This document shows, piece by piece, positions 1 to 8,542 of a DNA stretch of 64,000 nt (position 1 is the first letter of the stretch; each line of letters opens with the position of its first letter). Source of the DNA: a virus. Taxonomy: Duplodnaviria; Caudoviricetes. Location: the IMG/VR virus record IMGVR_UViG_3300025840_004398. One strand, written 5' to 3'. A program made the translations under genes and the position numbers. Below the pieces are notes generated by a model. The model saw only the letters and a list, made by a program, of their open reading frames with translations. It searched no databases and had not been told where the DNA came from.

Positions 1-2
1 GG

Positions 3-257
3 TTGGATACTCCACAATCGTTCTTCTTAGAGAAAGTTATGAATAAGATAGAAACGGGTAAGTTCAAGGTCTATGGAAGGAGTACTATAGCTGGTCTTAG
101 AGTTATCGTAGATAGAGGGTGGTATTCGGATACACAGAAAGAGTGGTTAATGACTATAAGGGAAGATTACTTAGAAGTGTTTTGTAGAGGCGGGGTTAAG
201 GGTAGTCTTACATGGGATTCTGAAGAAAATTTAGATGAACTTACTTGGTCTATGTAG
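3..257 (+). CDS. hypothetical protein, G-x-Y..E..R..Y paralog family
   Basis: ORF track; may start at ATG 39 (aagttATG context) or upstream of the window; motif GWYSDTQKEWLMTIREDYL shared with 378 and 4804. Confidence 0.7.
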   Translation: MDTPQSFFLEKVMNKIETGKFKVYGRSTIAGLRVIVDRGWYSDTQKEWLMTIREDYLEVFCRGGVKGSLTWDSEENLDELTWSM

Positions 258-259
258 TT

Positions 260-316
260 ATGTATCTATACTATGTATTATACTACTATTACTACTATAT
301 ACACTATGTGAGCTGA
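260..316 (+). CDS. possible Tyr-rich micro-ORF (MYLYYVLYYYYYYIHYVS)
   Basis: gttATG start 2 nt after the previous stop; 10 Tyr in 18 codons, mixed TAT/TAC; could be non-coding low complexity. Confidence 0.3.
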   Translation: MYLYYVLYYYYYYIHYVS

Positions 317-377
317 TATCATTATTATCTCATGTACCGAAAATCAGTTCGAGGTTGAAAATTTTAAAATATAAATT

Positions 378-671
378 ATGAGTAAAACAGTTAAATGGAG
401 TTTATCCAATGACCAAGCTTATTGGTTAGACCAACTATGGTATGGAATCCAAGGTAGAGATGGAAAGGTTACCGGTCTTAAAGACTTATGGTGGCAAGAT
501 TTATTCTTCATGGCACAGAATGTAATGGTGGATGGAACATACGATAGACACCAAAGAGAAATATTTAATAAAGTAAGAAAGTTAGTTTTAACCAAAAAGA
601 TAGTTCTTAACTTAAAAGATTACGAAGCTTCAGAAACTTCTTGGTTAGAACCTTATTGTGATACTAATTAA
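378..671 (+). CDS. hypothetical protein, same paralog family
   Basis: ORF track; aaattATG start; motif GTYDRHQREIFNKVRKLVL. Confidence 0.8.
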   Translation: MSKTVKWSLSNDQAYWLDQLWYGIQGRDGKVTGLKDLWWQDLFFMAQNVMVDGTYDRHQREIFNKVRKLVLTKKIVLNLKDYEASETSWLEPYCDTN

Positions 672-687
672 AATTTTTTAGAATAAA

Positions 688-721
688 TTTGGCCAATTAA
701 AATATTTTTCTTATATTTGTA
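688..721 (+). promoter_or_regulatory. Bacteroidetes sigma-A type promoter
   Basis: TTTG 688-691, 20-nt spacer, TATATTTG 712-719. Confidence 0.8.
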
Positions 722-761
722 AAAGATTTGAACATGAAGTTCAAAATATATTTTTTAACCA

Positions 762-1703
762 GTGCATGAAGCACACAATTTAATTTTTATGAATGATTTA
801 ATTATCGACCCATCTAAAATGGGTTACACAAACACTTCGGGAATAAACTTCCCAATTCAAGGTTACACAACATTAGGTAACTTAGTACTTAACGGTAACA
901 ACACCAATCGTCAAATCTATGACAAGCATGTAGATGGTATGACTGGTAAAATTAGAGAGTTCGGGTTCTTAGACTCGATTAAGGTTTTTCCAATGAATAG
1001 TGATGGTAAATACGAAGTTGCCGAAGCACAACACAGAGGAGAGGCATTATCAGCTATATTATCCGACAAGGCATCAGAGACAGTTGTTCCAATATCAATA
1101 CTACATTGGATTGACCCAACAGACCAAGAGGAAATTCAGAACACTATTTTAGCTTTGAATATTGGTAATAAGAACTGGACAATTTTTGACTTTGTTAAAT
1201 CTAATGCCAATATTAAGTCAAAACCAAACCATAAGGACTTTGGTATTATTCTAAACTCTATGAAGGATAAGAAGGATATTCTAAGTAATAACTTAATTGC
1301 TCAAATATATAGTGGTCAACTAATGACACACGATGCTCTTAGAGATGGAACTTGGGTAATGAGAAAGGAAATGGAATCTTTTTACGACTTACTCATAGAT
1401 AACTTATCAACTTTTGTTGGAAGTAAAGGAAAGGAAAACGTTCCAATTCTTTGGTTACGATTCTTAATAAACGGAATGCATAAGGTAAACAAATCTATCA
1501 TGGCATTGAAAGACGATAAGAATACTCCAAGACTTAATACTCTAAACAAGATTCTTCAAAGAGCCTTAAACGAAGCTGGTGTTGTAATCAATCTTCCAAA
1601 TGCTTATTTACCAACAGAAGCCGCTTCTTTTAACCCTTGGTTTCAGAAAGTATATAGTGAGTACATTTCTATTGAAGATAAGGAATTTAAGAAAGTTGCT
1701 TAA
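762..1703 (+). CDS. ParB/Srx N-terminal domain-like protein
   Basis: KIREFGFLDSIKV...YEVAEAQHRGEAL resembles the ParB-N (DGxHR) box; GTG start, alternative ATG at 789. Confidence 0.6.
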   Translation: MHEAHNLIFMNDLIIDPSKMGYTNTSGINFPIQGYTTLGNLVLNGNNTNRQIYDKHVDGMTGKIREFGFLDSIKVFPMNSDGKYEVAEAQHRGEALSAILSDKASETVVPISILHWIDPTDQEEIQNTILALNIGNKNWTIFDFVKSNANIKSKPNHKDFGIILNSMKDKKDILSNNLIAQIYSGQLMTHDALRDGTWVMRKEMESFYDLLIDNLSTFVGSKGKENVPILWLRFLINGMHKVNKSIMALKDDKNTPRLNTLNKILQRALNEAGVVINLPNAYLPTEAASFNPWFQKVYSEYISIEDKEFKKVA

Positions 1704-1721
1704 ATTTATTACAATTAAGTT

Positions 1722-1749
1722 AAACCCACTTCGGTGGGTTTACTTTTTT
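1722..1749 (+). terminator. intrinsic terminator
   Basis: AAACCCAC-TTCG-GTGGGTTT followed by a T-run. Confidence 0.85.
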
Positions 1750-1767
1750 AATTTAAATTATAAAATT

Positions 1768-1929
1768 ATGATAAACGACAGAGAAAAAAGAATGGAACAA
1801 CGAAGAAGAGAATACCAAGAAGATAAGATGGTTTACTCTGCAGTGGGTACGATACTTAAAATAGGTATCGTTGTTTGGATTGTAGCTACAATCGTAACGA
1901 CCATTATTGTGGAGTTTATAGAGAAATAA
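1768..1929 (+). CDS. small single-TM protein
   Basis: start reassigned from 1600 to aaattATG 1768, after the terminator; hydrophobic C-terminal half. Confidence 0.7.
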   Translation: MINDREKRMEQRRREYQEDKMVYSAVGTILKIGIVVWIVATIVTTIIVEFIEK

Positions 1930-1930
1930 T

Positions 1931-2581
1931 ATGAAAGGTACAGTTTGGTGTTTTGGTGACAGTTTTTCCACACCATTTAATAAAGAACCATTTACAGGGT
2001 CGGATGAGTATGTTGATTATAAAGGATATGTTCCTAAAATATACCCACAAATTATTTCAGAAAAACTAAACATGAATCTTAAATACTTCTCAGATAGTGG
2101 TAGAGATAACTACTCAATATTTGAAAGTATATGTGAAGTTGCAGACAAAATAAAAGAAGATGATATTATCATTATAGGATGGTCTCATATTGACAGATTT
2201 AGAGTTGTTCAAACCGATGGAATTTGGAAATCTATATTACCATTACCAAGTAAGTATTTTAAATATTGGGATATGATTCCAAATTTTAATAAAGAATTTT
2301 TTCAAATGATGTTAGTAAATCGTATTGACAAGGAAAAGAATTATGCTGATGAACTTAACAATTGGATAAAACTTTTAAATACATGCTTTAAAGATAATAA
2401 AATCATCCATTGGACAGCTTTTAAACAACCCCTTATAAATTGTATATATTTTGAAAATATAGACCTAATAGTAAATGAAACAAACGGTGAAATTAAAGAT
2501 AGACATTATAGTGAATTAGGACACCAACAATTATCTGGTATATTTTTGGATATAATTAATGATACAAAAAAAATAATATGA
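1931..2581 (+). CDS. SGNH/GDSL-like hydrolase or acyltransferase
   Basis: WCFGDSFS block I; C-terminal DRHYSELGH; ends KKII. Confidence 0.75.
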   Translation: MKGTVWCFGDSFSTPFNKEPFTGSDEYVDYKGYVPKIYPQIISEKLNMNLKYFSDSGRDNYSIFESICEVADKIKEDDIIIIGWSHIDRFRVVQTDGIWKSILPLPSKYFKYWDMIPNFNKEFFQMMLVNRIDKEKNYADELNNWIKLLNTCFKDNKIIHWTAFKQPLINCIYFENIDLIVNETNGEIKDRHYSELGHQQLSGIFLDIINDTKKII

Positions 2582-2751
2582 TTATATATATATTTACAGG
2601 ATTAATATGGACTATATTTTTCGAATGGATATTAAGAAACTTTTCACCAACACAAGAAGGTCTACCAACTAATAGAGCAATAATATTTCACATCATTCTT
2701 TGGCCATTGGCCATGTTTATAGTATTTCGAAACCTATTTAATAATAATTAA
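2578..2751 (+). CDS. small 2-TM membrane protein (57 aa)
   Basis: read by hand: MIIYIFTGLIWTIFFEW...HIILWPLAMFIVFRNLFNNN; ATGA overlap with previous stop; below ORF-track cutoff. Confidence 0.7.
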   Translation: MIIYIFTGLIWTIFFEWILRNFSPTQEGLPTNRAIIFHIILWPLAMFIVFRNLFNNN

Positions 2752-2756
2752 AAAAT

Positions 2757-3347
2757 ATGATGGATATAAAAAAATACAAAATAACCGATATTGATTTTAA
2801 TGAAATGTCTGTTGAAATAGACCAAAATGTATTATATGACAAAAGGGCAAACACCGGTAATGTGTCAAAGGCTTCACCAAGTACACAATCCATCGTTGTT
2901 ATTAAAGGTGGTTGGATGGAACATATAAATAACAAGGTTATTGATATAATGAAAAAGGACATATGGAAAAACGATGATGTTTTATTTACAATGTCAAATT
3001 GGGTTTATATCGTTGGCAAAGAGGATAAGGGGGGACCGGTCTACCACAACCACTTATCTATGGAGGACTTGAATACTGTTGGCCAATGGTCTTTTGTTTA
3101 TTACACATCTATGCCAGATATATTAGAAGGAGATGATGGAGTTATATATTTTAAAAACGATAATGGTGAGGAATATAACATATTACCAAAACCAGGAGAC
3201 TTATTAATATTTCCAGCTGAACTATGGCATTTACCAAAAGTAAATCCGAAGTCTAATGAAAAACGAAGAGTTTTGGCTGGAACATTTTCATTACTAGATT
3301 ATAGAGATAGATTTACTTCATATAAAAAAGAAGTTTCATTATTTTAA
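2757..3347 (+). CDS. 2OG-Fe(II) oxygenase-like (HxH...H type)
   Basis: YHNHL, WSFVYY, PKPGDLLIFPAELWH, RRVLAG. Confidence 0.75.
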   Translation: MMDIKKYKITDIDFNEMSVEIDQNVLYDKRANTGNVSKASPSTQSIVVIKGGWMEHINNKVIDIMKKDIWKNDDVLFTMSNWVYIVGKEDKGGPVYHNHLSMEDLNTVGQWSFVYYTSMPDILEGDDGVIYFKNDNGEEYNILPKPGDLLIFPAELWHLPKVNPKSNEKRRVLAGTFSLLDYRDRFTSYKKEVSLF

Positions 3348-3352
3348 ATAAG

Positions 3353-4213
3353 ATGGAGTATCCTTTTTGGATTAACGATTTCGATAGAGTGGGTAATAAG
3401 TACAACAATAAGTACCCACTTGCAGGTGAGATATTCAAATACCCATCTTCCTTTTGGTATGGTGATAATCCAAAGAAACCAAAACAACATATGGAAAAAT
3501 CTATTCGTAGATTGTTAAACCGAGCTCACCCCCAACTACCTGTTCTTGTTATTTATAATATTCCCAATAGGGACATTGGCCAATACTCCAAGGGTGGTGC
3601 AAAGACAAGAGAACGTTACTTGGACTTTATAAAAAGATTTGCAAAAGGAGTTGGAGATAAATCCCCAATAATAATATACGAACCCGATTCCCTACCCCAC
3701 TCAACATTACTCTCAGAAGAAGAGCAGAATTGGAGAATGGAACTGATGAAAGAAGCATTGACATATCTTACTGAAAATTGTAATGGTATAATTTATATTG
3801 ATGTAGGACATTCAAATTGGCTATCACCAAAACAAGTCAGCAGATTATTAGATAGAATTTCTAACCGAAAGGTTAGGGGATTTTCAATTAACTCTTGTAA
3901 TTATAGAACAACAGAAGAATGTATTACATGGGGAACTGAAGTTTGTAGATTTAGAAGAAGAGATTATTTTGTAATTGATACTTCTCGTAACGGTCAAGGA
4001 CCTAAAGATGATGAGTGGTGTAACCCACAAGGTAGAGGATTGGGTGAACCATCAACAACTAAAACCGAACACAGAAAATGTGATGCATACCTTTGGATTA
4101 AAATACCAGGTGAATCCGATGGTAAGTGTAATGGAGGACCTAAAGCTGGAATGTTTTGGGGAGAACAAGCAGAAGAACTTGTTAAAAACTCTAGTTTATA
4201 TTTGGCAGATTGA
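3353..4213 (+). CDS. glycoside hydrolase family 6 (cellulase-like)
   Basis: YNIPNRD, EPDSL, YIDVGH, VIDTSRNG, WCNP.GRGLG, LWIKIPGESDG.C motifs. Confidence 0.92.
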   Translation: MEYPFWINDFDRVGNKYNNKYPLAGEIFKYPSSFWYGDNPKKPKQHMEKSIRRLLNRAHPQLPVLVIYNIPNRDIGQYSKGGAKTRERYLDFIKRFAKGVGDKSPIIIYEPDSLPHSTLLSEEEQNWRMELMKEALTYLTENCNGIIYIDVGHSNWLSPKQVSRLLDRISNRKVRGFSINSCNYRTTEECITWGTEVCRFRRRDYFVIDTSRNGQGPKDDEWCNPQGRGLGEPSTTKTEHRKCDAYLWIKIPGESDGKCNGGPKAGMFWGEQAEELVKNSSLYLAD

Positions 4214-4234
4214 ATTAATTTTCGTATCTTTGTA
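4201..4234 (+). promoter_or_regulatory. Bacteroidetes sigma-A type promoter
   Basis: TTTG 4201-4204, 20-nt spacer, TATCTTTG 4225-4232. Confidence 0.8.
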
Positions 4235-4249
4235 GTAAATTATTTAATT

Positions 4250-4432
4250 ATGGAAAAACCTATATACCTAACCGACAAAAGATTCTTTTACAATATTGCA
4301 AAAGTAGAACACCGAAACGGCAATATATCAGAAGAAGAACTTAAACTTAAAAAGAAGTTATGGGAAGATGAATACAAAGACCCAAACTACGAAGAAAAGT
4401 TTAAGAAGAAATATGGTCCAAGAGACCTATAA
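4250..4432 (+). CDS. hypothetical protein
   Basis: ORF track; follows a promoter; aattATG start. Confidence 0.75.
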   Translation: MEKPIYLTDKRFFYNIAKVEHRNGNISEEELKLKKKLWEDEYKDPNYEEKFKKKYGPRDL

Positions 4433-4435
4433 TTA

Positions 4436-4509
4436 GGTCGAGTACCCAAGTGGTCTAAGGGGATGGATTGCAAATCCACTATTCGTAGGTTCGAATCCTA
4501 CCTCGACCT
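4436..4509 (+). tRNA. trnC: tRNA-Cys(GCA)
   Basis: GGTCGAG/CTCGACC acceptor stem, loop TTGCAAA, GTTCGAATC T-loop; no encoded CCA. Confidence 0.92.
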
Positions 4510-4514
4510 CAATT

Positions 4515-4588
4515 GGACTCGTAGCTCAGTTGGATAGAGCATCTGCCTTCTAAGCAGACGGTCAAAGGTTCGAATCCTTTCGAGTTCA
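4515..4588 (+). tRNA. trnR: tRNA-Arg(UCU)
   Basis: GGACTCG/CGAGTTC acceptor stem, TCTGC-CTTCTAA-GCAGA anticodon arm; no CCA. Confidence 0.95.
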
Positions 4589-4594
4589 CTATTT

Positions 4595-4804
4595 ATGAAA
4601 AAAATTGTAATTGTATTACTATTTATTATTGGTTGTATTCCTGAAACAGATATATGTGCAAAAGGTGAACCATCACCAAACAATGTAGTTTGTGTTGAAA
4701 TATACCAGCCGGTAATTGCACCAGATGGAACTGAATATACAAACGCTTGTTATGCAGAAAGAGATGGATGGGATAATGGATGTTTAACTTTAAAAGAACT
4801 CTAA
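4595..4804 (+). CDS. Kazal-like domain lipoprotein
   Basis: signal plus lipobox-like IIGC; CVEIYQPVIAPDGTEYTNACYA matches the Kazal pattern minus one Cys. Confidence 0.7.
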   Translation: MKKIVIVLLFIIGCIPETDICAKGEPSPNNVVCVEIYQPVIAPDGTEYTNACYAERDGWDNGCLTLKEL

Positions 4805-5046
4805 TGTACAATAACGCAACATTCGTAACCAAAGAACAATTGAAGTTTTTAAAACAAATGGATAATTGGTTGCGTGATACACATTTTAATTCTATCTCAG
4901 AAGTGGAGACTGTTAACGAAGTTCGTGGTCTTATTTCTAAAATAGAAGAAAAGGGTTACTACTATGAAGGTGAAGCTGAATTACTCAATTTAATGAGAAG
5001 TGAGTATATCGAACATACAAAGAAAACTAAAAAGAAAAGGTTATGA
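4804..5046 (+). CDS. hypothetical protein, G-x-Y..E..R..Y paralog family
   Basis: start reassigned to TAATG-coupled ATG 4804; motif GYYYEGEAELLNLMRSEYI. Confidence 0.8.
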   Translation: MYNNATFVTKEQLKFLKQMDNWLRDTHFNSISEVETVNEVRGLISKIEEKGYYYEGEAELLNLMRSEYIEHTKKTKKKRL

Positions 5047-5129
5047 GAAAGTTGATTTGGAAATTATACAACGATAACATGATTTCACTTGAAGTGGCAA
5101 ACTTATTATTAGATAAATACGATGAGTAA
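5043..5129 (+). CDS. 28-aa peptide (MRKLIWKLYNDNMISLEVANLLLDKYDE)
   Basis: overlaps the previous stop (ATGA) and the next start. Confidence 0.55.
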   Translation: MRKLIWKLYNDNMISLEVANLLLDKYDE

Positions 5130-5460
5130 AATTATATATATGGATGATACCATCAAGATGTTGGGTAAAAAAAATGCAAAAGATACCCAAAAACTTATTA
5201 CTGAAAATGATGTGATTCATACTGATACAATAACTTACTTATCAGTTGAAGAAAAGGATATCAAAATAAGAAAAACTTTGGATGGTAGACCTTTGGTAGA
5301 GTTGGATGAACCAATGGCACTTATCGTAAACACAAAAGTTCCACACAAATGGATTTTACAAGATACAGAAACGGGTGAAATTTATCGTGGAACAACAGAA
5401 ACCACCATTGGTAAACAATGGGAAAAGATTATAGAGATAAATGATAATATAGACTCATAA
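5122..5460 (+). CDS. hypothetical protein
   Basis: ORF track. Confidence 0.75.
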   Translation: MSKIIYMDDTIKMLGKKNAKDTQKLITENDVIHTDTITYLSVEEKDIKIRKTLDGRPLVELDEPMALIVNTKVPHKWILQDTETGEIYRGTTETTIGKQWEKIIEINDNIDS

Positions 5461-5476
5461 TCATTTTAAAAATAAA

Positions 5477-5965
5477 ATGGAAAATAAAATAGAACCACTT
5501 AAAGGATTTACATCGGATAATTTTATTATAGATGGCATGTTTAACAAAATAGAAGTTGATGATGTAGACAACTTAACTGATTTGTTAACCTGCCGAATAG
5601 ATGTAAATAATAATCCTATTTTATTAGAATCTAAAAATTGTAATGAATTTCTTATAAGAAGTTGGACAAAGTTAGTCAAGCTTCATCTCAATATTAAAGA
5701 TATAAAAACTCCACCGGTACAAAAATTTATTAAACCTTATATTATTTGTGCAATGCATCAGGATTTTTGGGTAACCAATAAGAATAACTTTATAAGAGCA
5801 AACAACATACAATTAGGAGATGAACTCCTTACCTTTTCATTTGATACATCATTGACTGTTAGTAAAATAGAATTACTAAAAAATGAAAATAAAAAAAACA
5901 TATACGAACTAAAAAATATAACAGATAACAACAATTATTTTGTTAATGGTGTTTTAACAAGATAG
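5477..5965 (+). CDS. stand-alone degenerate Hint (intein-like) domain protein
   Basis: IRANNIQLGDELL and IYELKNITDNNNYFVNGVLTR match Hint blocks; no C1, TxxH or terminal HN. Confidence 0.65.
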   Translation: MENKIEPLKGFTSDNFIIDGMFNKIEVDDVDNLTDLLTCRIDVNNNPILLESKNCNEFLIRSWTKLVKLHLNIKDIKTPPVQKFIKPYIICAMHQDFWVTNKNNFIRANNIQLGDELLTFSFDTSLTVSKIELLKNENKKNIYELKNITDNNNYFVNGVLTR

Positions 5966-6000
5966 ATGTATATATCTAATTTGTGTAAAAAAAAATAAAA

Positions 6001-6585
6001 ATGTACAATAGATTTATTGAAAACTTCTTTTCTAAACAAGAGTGTGAAGATATAATAGAGTTTAGTAAAACAAAAAAACTAATAAAATTAACATCGGTCT
6101 ATATTGATAAAGATAATAATTTCATACCACATGAAGAAGAAGATGAGGAGAATAATAACAGAAGAAACGGTACGATGTATAGTGAAAGTGAAATCATAAA
6201 AACACCATCTTTAAAAAAAATATACGATAGAACTATTCAATATATAAATGACGAACCTCCCTACAAAGGTATGAGTTGCGATGGTATTCCTAAATTCACA
6301 TTCAATAAATACGAAAAAGGAGATTACTTAAATCATCATTTTGATGGCCATGAAATCGAGTTGGGTGCGATTATAACAATAATATATCAACTAAATGATA
6401 ATTACGATGGTGGGGATGTTACCTATATTATAAATGACGAGGAACTTATTGTTCCTAAAAAACAAGGTTCTATTTTTATATTTGATTCGAGAATAGTTCA
6501 TTCTGTAAAAAAGGTTAAATATGGATGTAGATACTCTATGAATTCGTGGCCAGTTTCAAAGATTGAAAAAAAATCTTTGGTATAA
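6001..6585 (+). CDS. 2OG-Fe(II) oxygenase (P4Hc-like)
   Basis: KYEKGDYLNHHFD, QLNDNYDGGD, VHSVKKV..GCRYS; ends KKSLV. Confidence 0.9.
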   Translation: MYNRFIENFFSKQECEDIIEFSKTKKLIKLTSVYIDKDNNFIPHEEEDEENNNRRNGTMYSESEIIKTPSLKKIYDRTIQYINDEPPYKGMSCDGIPKFTFNKYEKGDYLNHHFDGHEIELGAIITIIYQLNDNYDGGDVTYIINDEELIVPKKQGSIFIFDSRIVHSVKKVKYGCRYSMNSWPVSKIEKKSLV

Positions 6586-6619
6586 TTTGGCCAATTAAAA
6601 ATAATTTCGTATATTTGTA
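6586..6619 (+). promoter_or_regulatory. Bacteroidetes sigma-A type promoter
   Basis: TTTG 6586-6589, 20-nt spacer, TATATTTG 6610-6617. Confidence 0.8.
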
Positions 6620-6633
6620 CAAATAACTATTAA

Positions 6634-6798
6634 ATGATTATTATGGATATGGTACCTGACACTATTGAAAAATGCGTAAGTTGTGGAGAAGATACTCCAT
6701 ACAGATTCAACGAAAACATCTACATGAGAAATTGGTATGTAGAAGGAGCTGGACAACTTTGTGAAACTTGTTATAACAAAATATATCAAACGGTATGA
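6634..6798 (+). CDS. small Zn-ribbon protein (54 aa)
   Basis: read by hand: KCVSCGEDTP...GAGQLCETCY (two CxxC); follows a promoter. Confidence 0.8.
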   Translation: MIIMDMVPDTIEKCVSCGEDTPYRFNENIYMRNWYVEGAGQLCETCYNKIYQTV

Positions 6799-7058
6799 CT
6801 GAAAAAGATTTAATTAATTTAGGATTCGATAAATTCGAACAAAATGATGAAGAAGATAGATTCTACTATTATTGTTATGATTTAAATGGTGAATCGGGAG
6901 GCGGTTCTTTGATATCTCTTGCTAATGATGAAGTAGAGGATGGTAATTGGAAAGTTTCTGCATGGGATATCCATGAGAACTTGGTATTCGAAGATAAAGA
7001 AGATGTCAAGATATACATTGATTTATTAGAAAGAAATATATTACAAAAAGAACTTTGA
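6795..7058 (+). CDS. hypothetical protein
   Basis: ORF track; ATGA overlap. Confidence 0.8.
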   Translation: MTEKDLINLGFDKFEQNDEEDRFYYYCYDLNGESGGGSLISLANDEVEDGNWKVSAWDIHENLVFEDKEDVKIYIDLLERNILQKEL

Positions 7059-7747
7059 TACTATCATTTTTATCATATGGAGAAAAATATCACAAAGAGT
7101 TTTTAGAAATATCAAAAAACTTTAAAAAAGAAAATATAGTCGTTGCTTCTGATAAAATATTTGAAGAGTACCACACAGTATTAATAAAAGACGATTTTAA
7201 TTTTAATTTAAAAGAATTATCAATAACTGAATCTCTTGGGAAAGGTGATTCGGTTTTATATATAGATACTGATACTATTGTTAAAAATCCAAATTATAAC
7301 ATATTAAACGAATTAGATGATGGTATATATGTAAAGTGGATTGGTAATGAAGTTGAATATCTAAATGAAATAATAACATCTAAGAGTTTTAGCTATGGTA
7401 AAACTTCAAGAAGTGATGTAAACAAATATGGAAAAGAACTTTTTAATATAGTGGGTAAACCAATTAAGTTCATAGATGAGTGTATATTATACATAAAATT
7501 AAAAGGGGATATAAAGAATGAATTTATAAAAACCTATAAAGATATAGTATATAAGTTTAAAAATAATACACCTTATAGAGAAACCGATGATAAGTGGGGT
7601 GCAATGGAAGGGTGTATAATATGGTCGGTATCTGAATTATTAAACATTAATATAGATAGTACATCATTATCAGAGTTTTTTAAAGAATTTGAACACTATG
7701 GTCCAACATCAGGACATTCCACAAAAAATATAAAAACAGTTATTTAA
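7055..7747 (+). CDS. glycosyltransferase-like (GT-A, DxD)
   Basis: VLYIDTDTIV DxD motif; TTG start overlapping previous stop; ends KTVI. Confidence 0.55.
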   Translation: MILSFLSYGEKYHKEFLEISKNFKKENIVVASDKIFEEYHTVLIKDDFNFNLKELSITESLGKGDSVLYIDTDTIVKNPNYNILNELDDGIYVKWIGNEVEYLNEIITSKSFSYGKTSRSDVNKYGKELFNIVGKPIKFIDECILYIKLKGDIKNEFIKTYKDIVYKFKNNTPYRETDDKWGAMEGCIIWSVSELLNINIDSTSLSEFFKEFEHYGPTSGHSTKNIKTVI

Positions 7748-7755
7748 ATATCAAT

Positions 7756-8094
7756 ATGAGATATAACGTCAATTTAGATAAACAAGTTCTTTTAGAATTC
7801 CTTCTATTTGAATGGTGGGAGAAGTATTGGGATAAGTATTCAAAACAAGATAACATGAAATTGTGGTGGATGAAGCATATATACCATTCTAAATACTTCG
7901 AAGAAGCTGTTGTGTATGTAGAACAGGGTGGTAATGTTATATGGGAGTTCGAAGATAAACATAAGTTTATATTAAACAAACTTATCCCCAAATACAAAAA
8001 ATATGGTAGAGAAGATTTCGTAAAGTTGTGGAAACAATATAAAAAAGAGTTCTATTCTCATCCAAGAAAGATAAAGCATAAGTTTGAATATTAA
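7756..8094 (+). CDS. hypothetical protein
   Basis: ORF track. Confidence 0.75.
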   Translation: MRYNVNLDKQVLLEFLLFEWWEKYWDKYSKQDNMKLWWMKHIYHSKYFEEAVVYVEQGGNVIWEFEDKHKFILNKLIPKYKKYGREDFVKLWKQYKKEFYSHPRKIKHKFEY

Positions 8095-8510
8095 TGATTA
8101 AACTATTTATTTTACTTTCCTTATTCAATACTAAATTAGAATCAAGAGCACAAAAGTATTTGGGTAAGTATTATGATAAAGAAGTATTACTTATAGAACA
8201 AAGGGATATCTCAAATGGTAAACTTTATTATATACCTAATACAAGTGATATTCTTTATATAGGTAAATCCCCATCAAGGTTTGAGGACTTTGACTTTATG
8301 GTTCTATTTGATAAAGATAAAACAATCAAGTTAGTTAAGATTTTAGTATATCGAGAAGATTATGGTGGAGAGATAGGAGGCAAACGATGGTTAAGACAAT
8401 TCATTGGATGGAAAGAACCTAAACCTTTTGTTGATGCAATAAGTGGAGCAACAATTTCGGTACATAGTTTAAAGACAAGTATTAACACATTATTAAAAGA
8501 AATTCGGTAA
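8094..8510 (+). CDS. FMN-binding domain protein (NqrC/RnfG-like flavinylation substrate)
   Basis: N-terminal hydrophobic stretch; VKILVYREDYGGEI..KRWLRQF and VDAISGATIS motif. Confidence 0.8.
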   Translation: MIKLFILLSLFNTKLESRAQKYLGKYYDKEVLLIEQRDISNGKLYYIPNTSDILYIGKSPSRFEDFDFMVLFDKDKTIKLVKILVYREDYGGEIGGKRWLRQFIGWKEPKPFVDAISGATISVHSLKTSINTLLKEIR

Positions 8511-8542
8511 TTATAATATAACAATTAAGCAAGGAAACAATC

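Noticed and set aside
734-769. 11-codon uORF before the ParB-like gene
   Set aside because: Short ORFs are expected by chance; it has no distinctive residues or pairing, and the true ParB start is itself uncertain.
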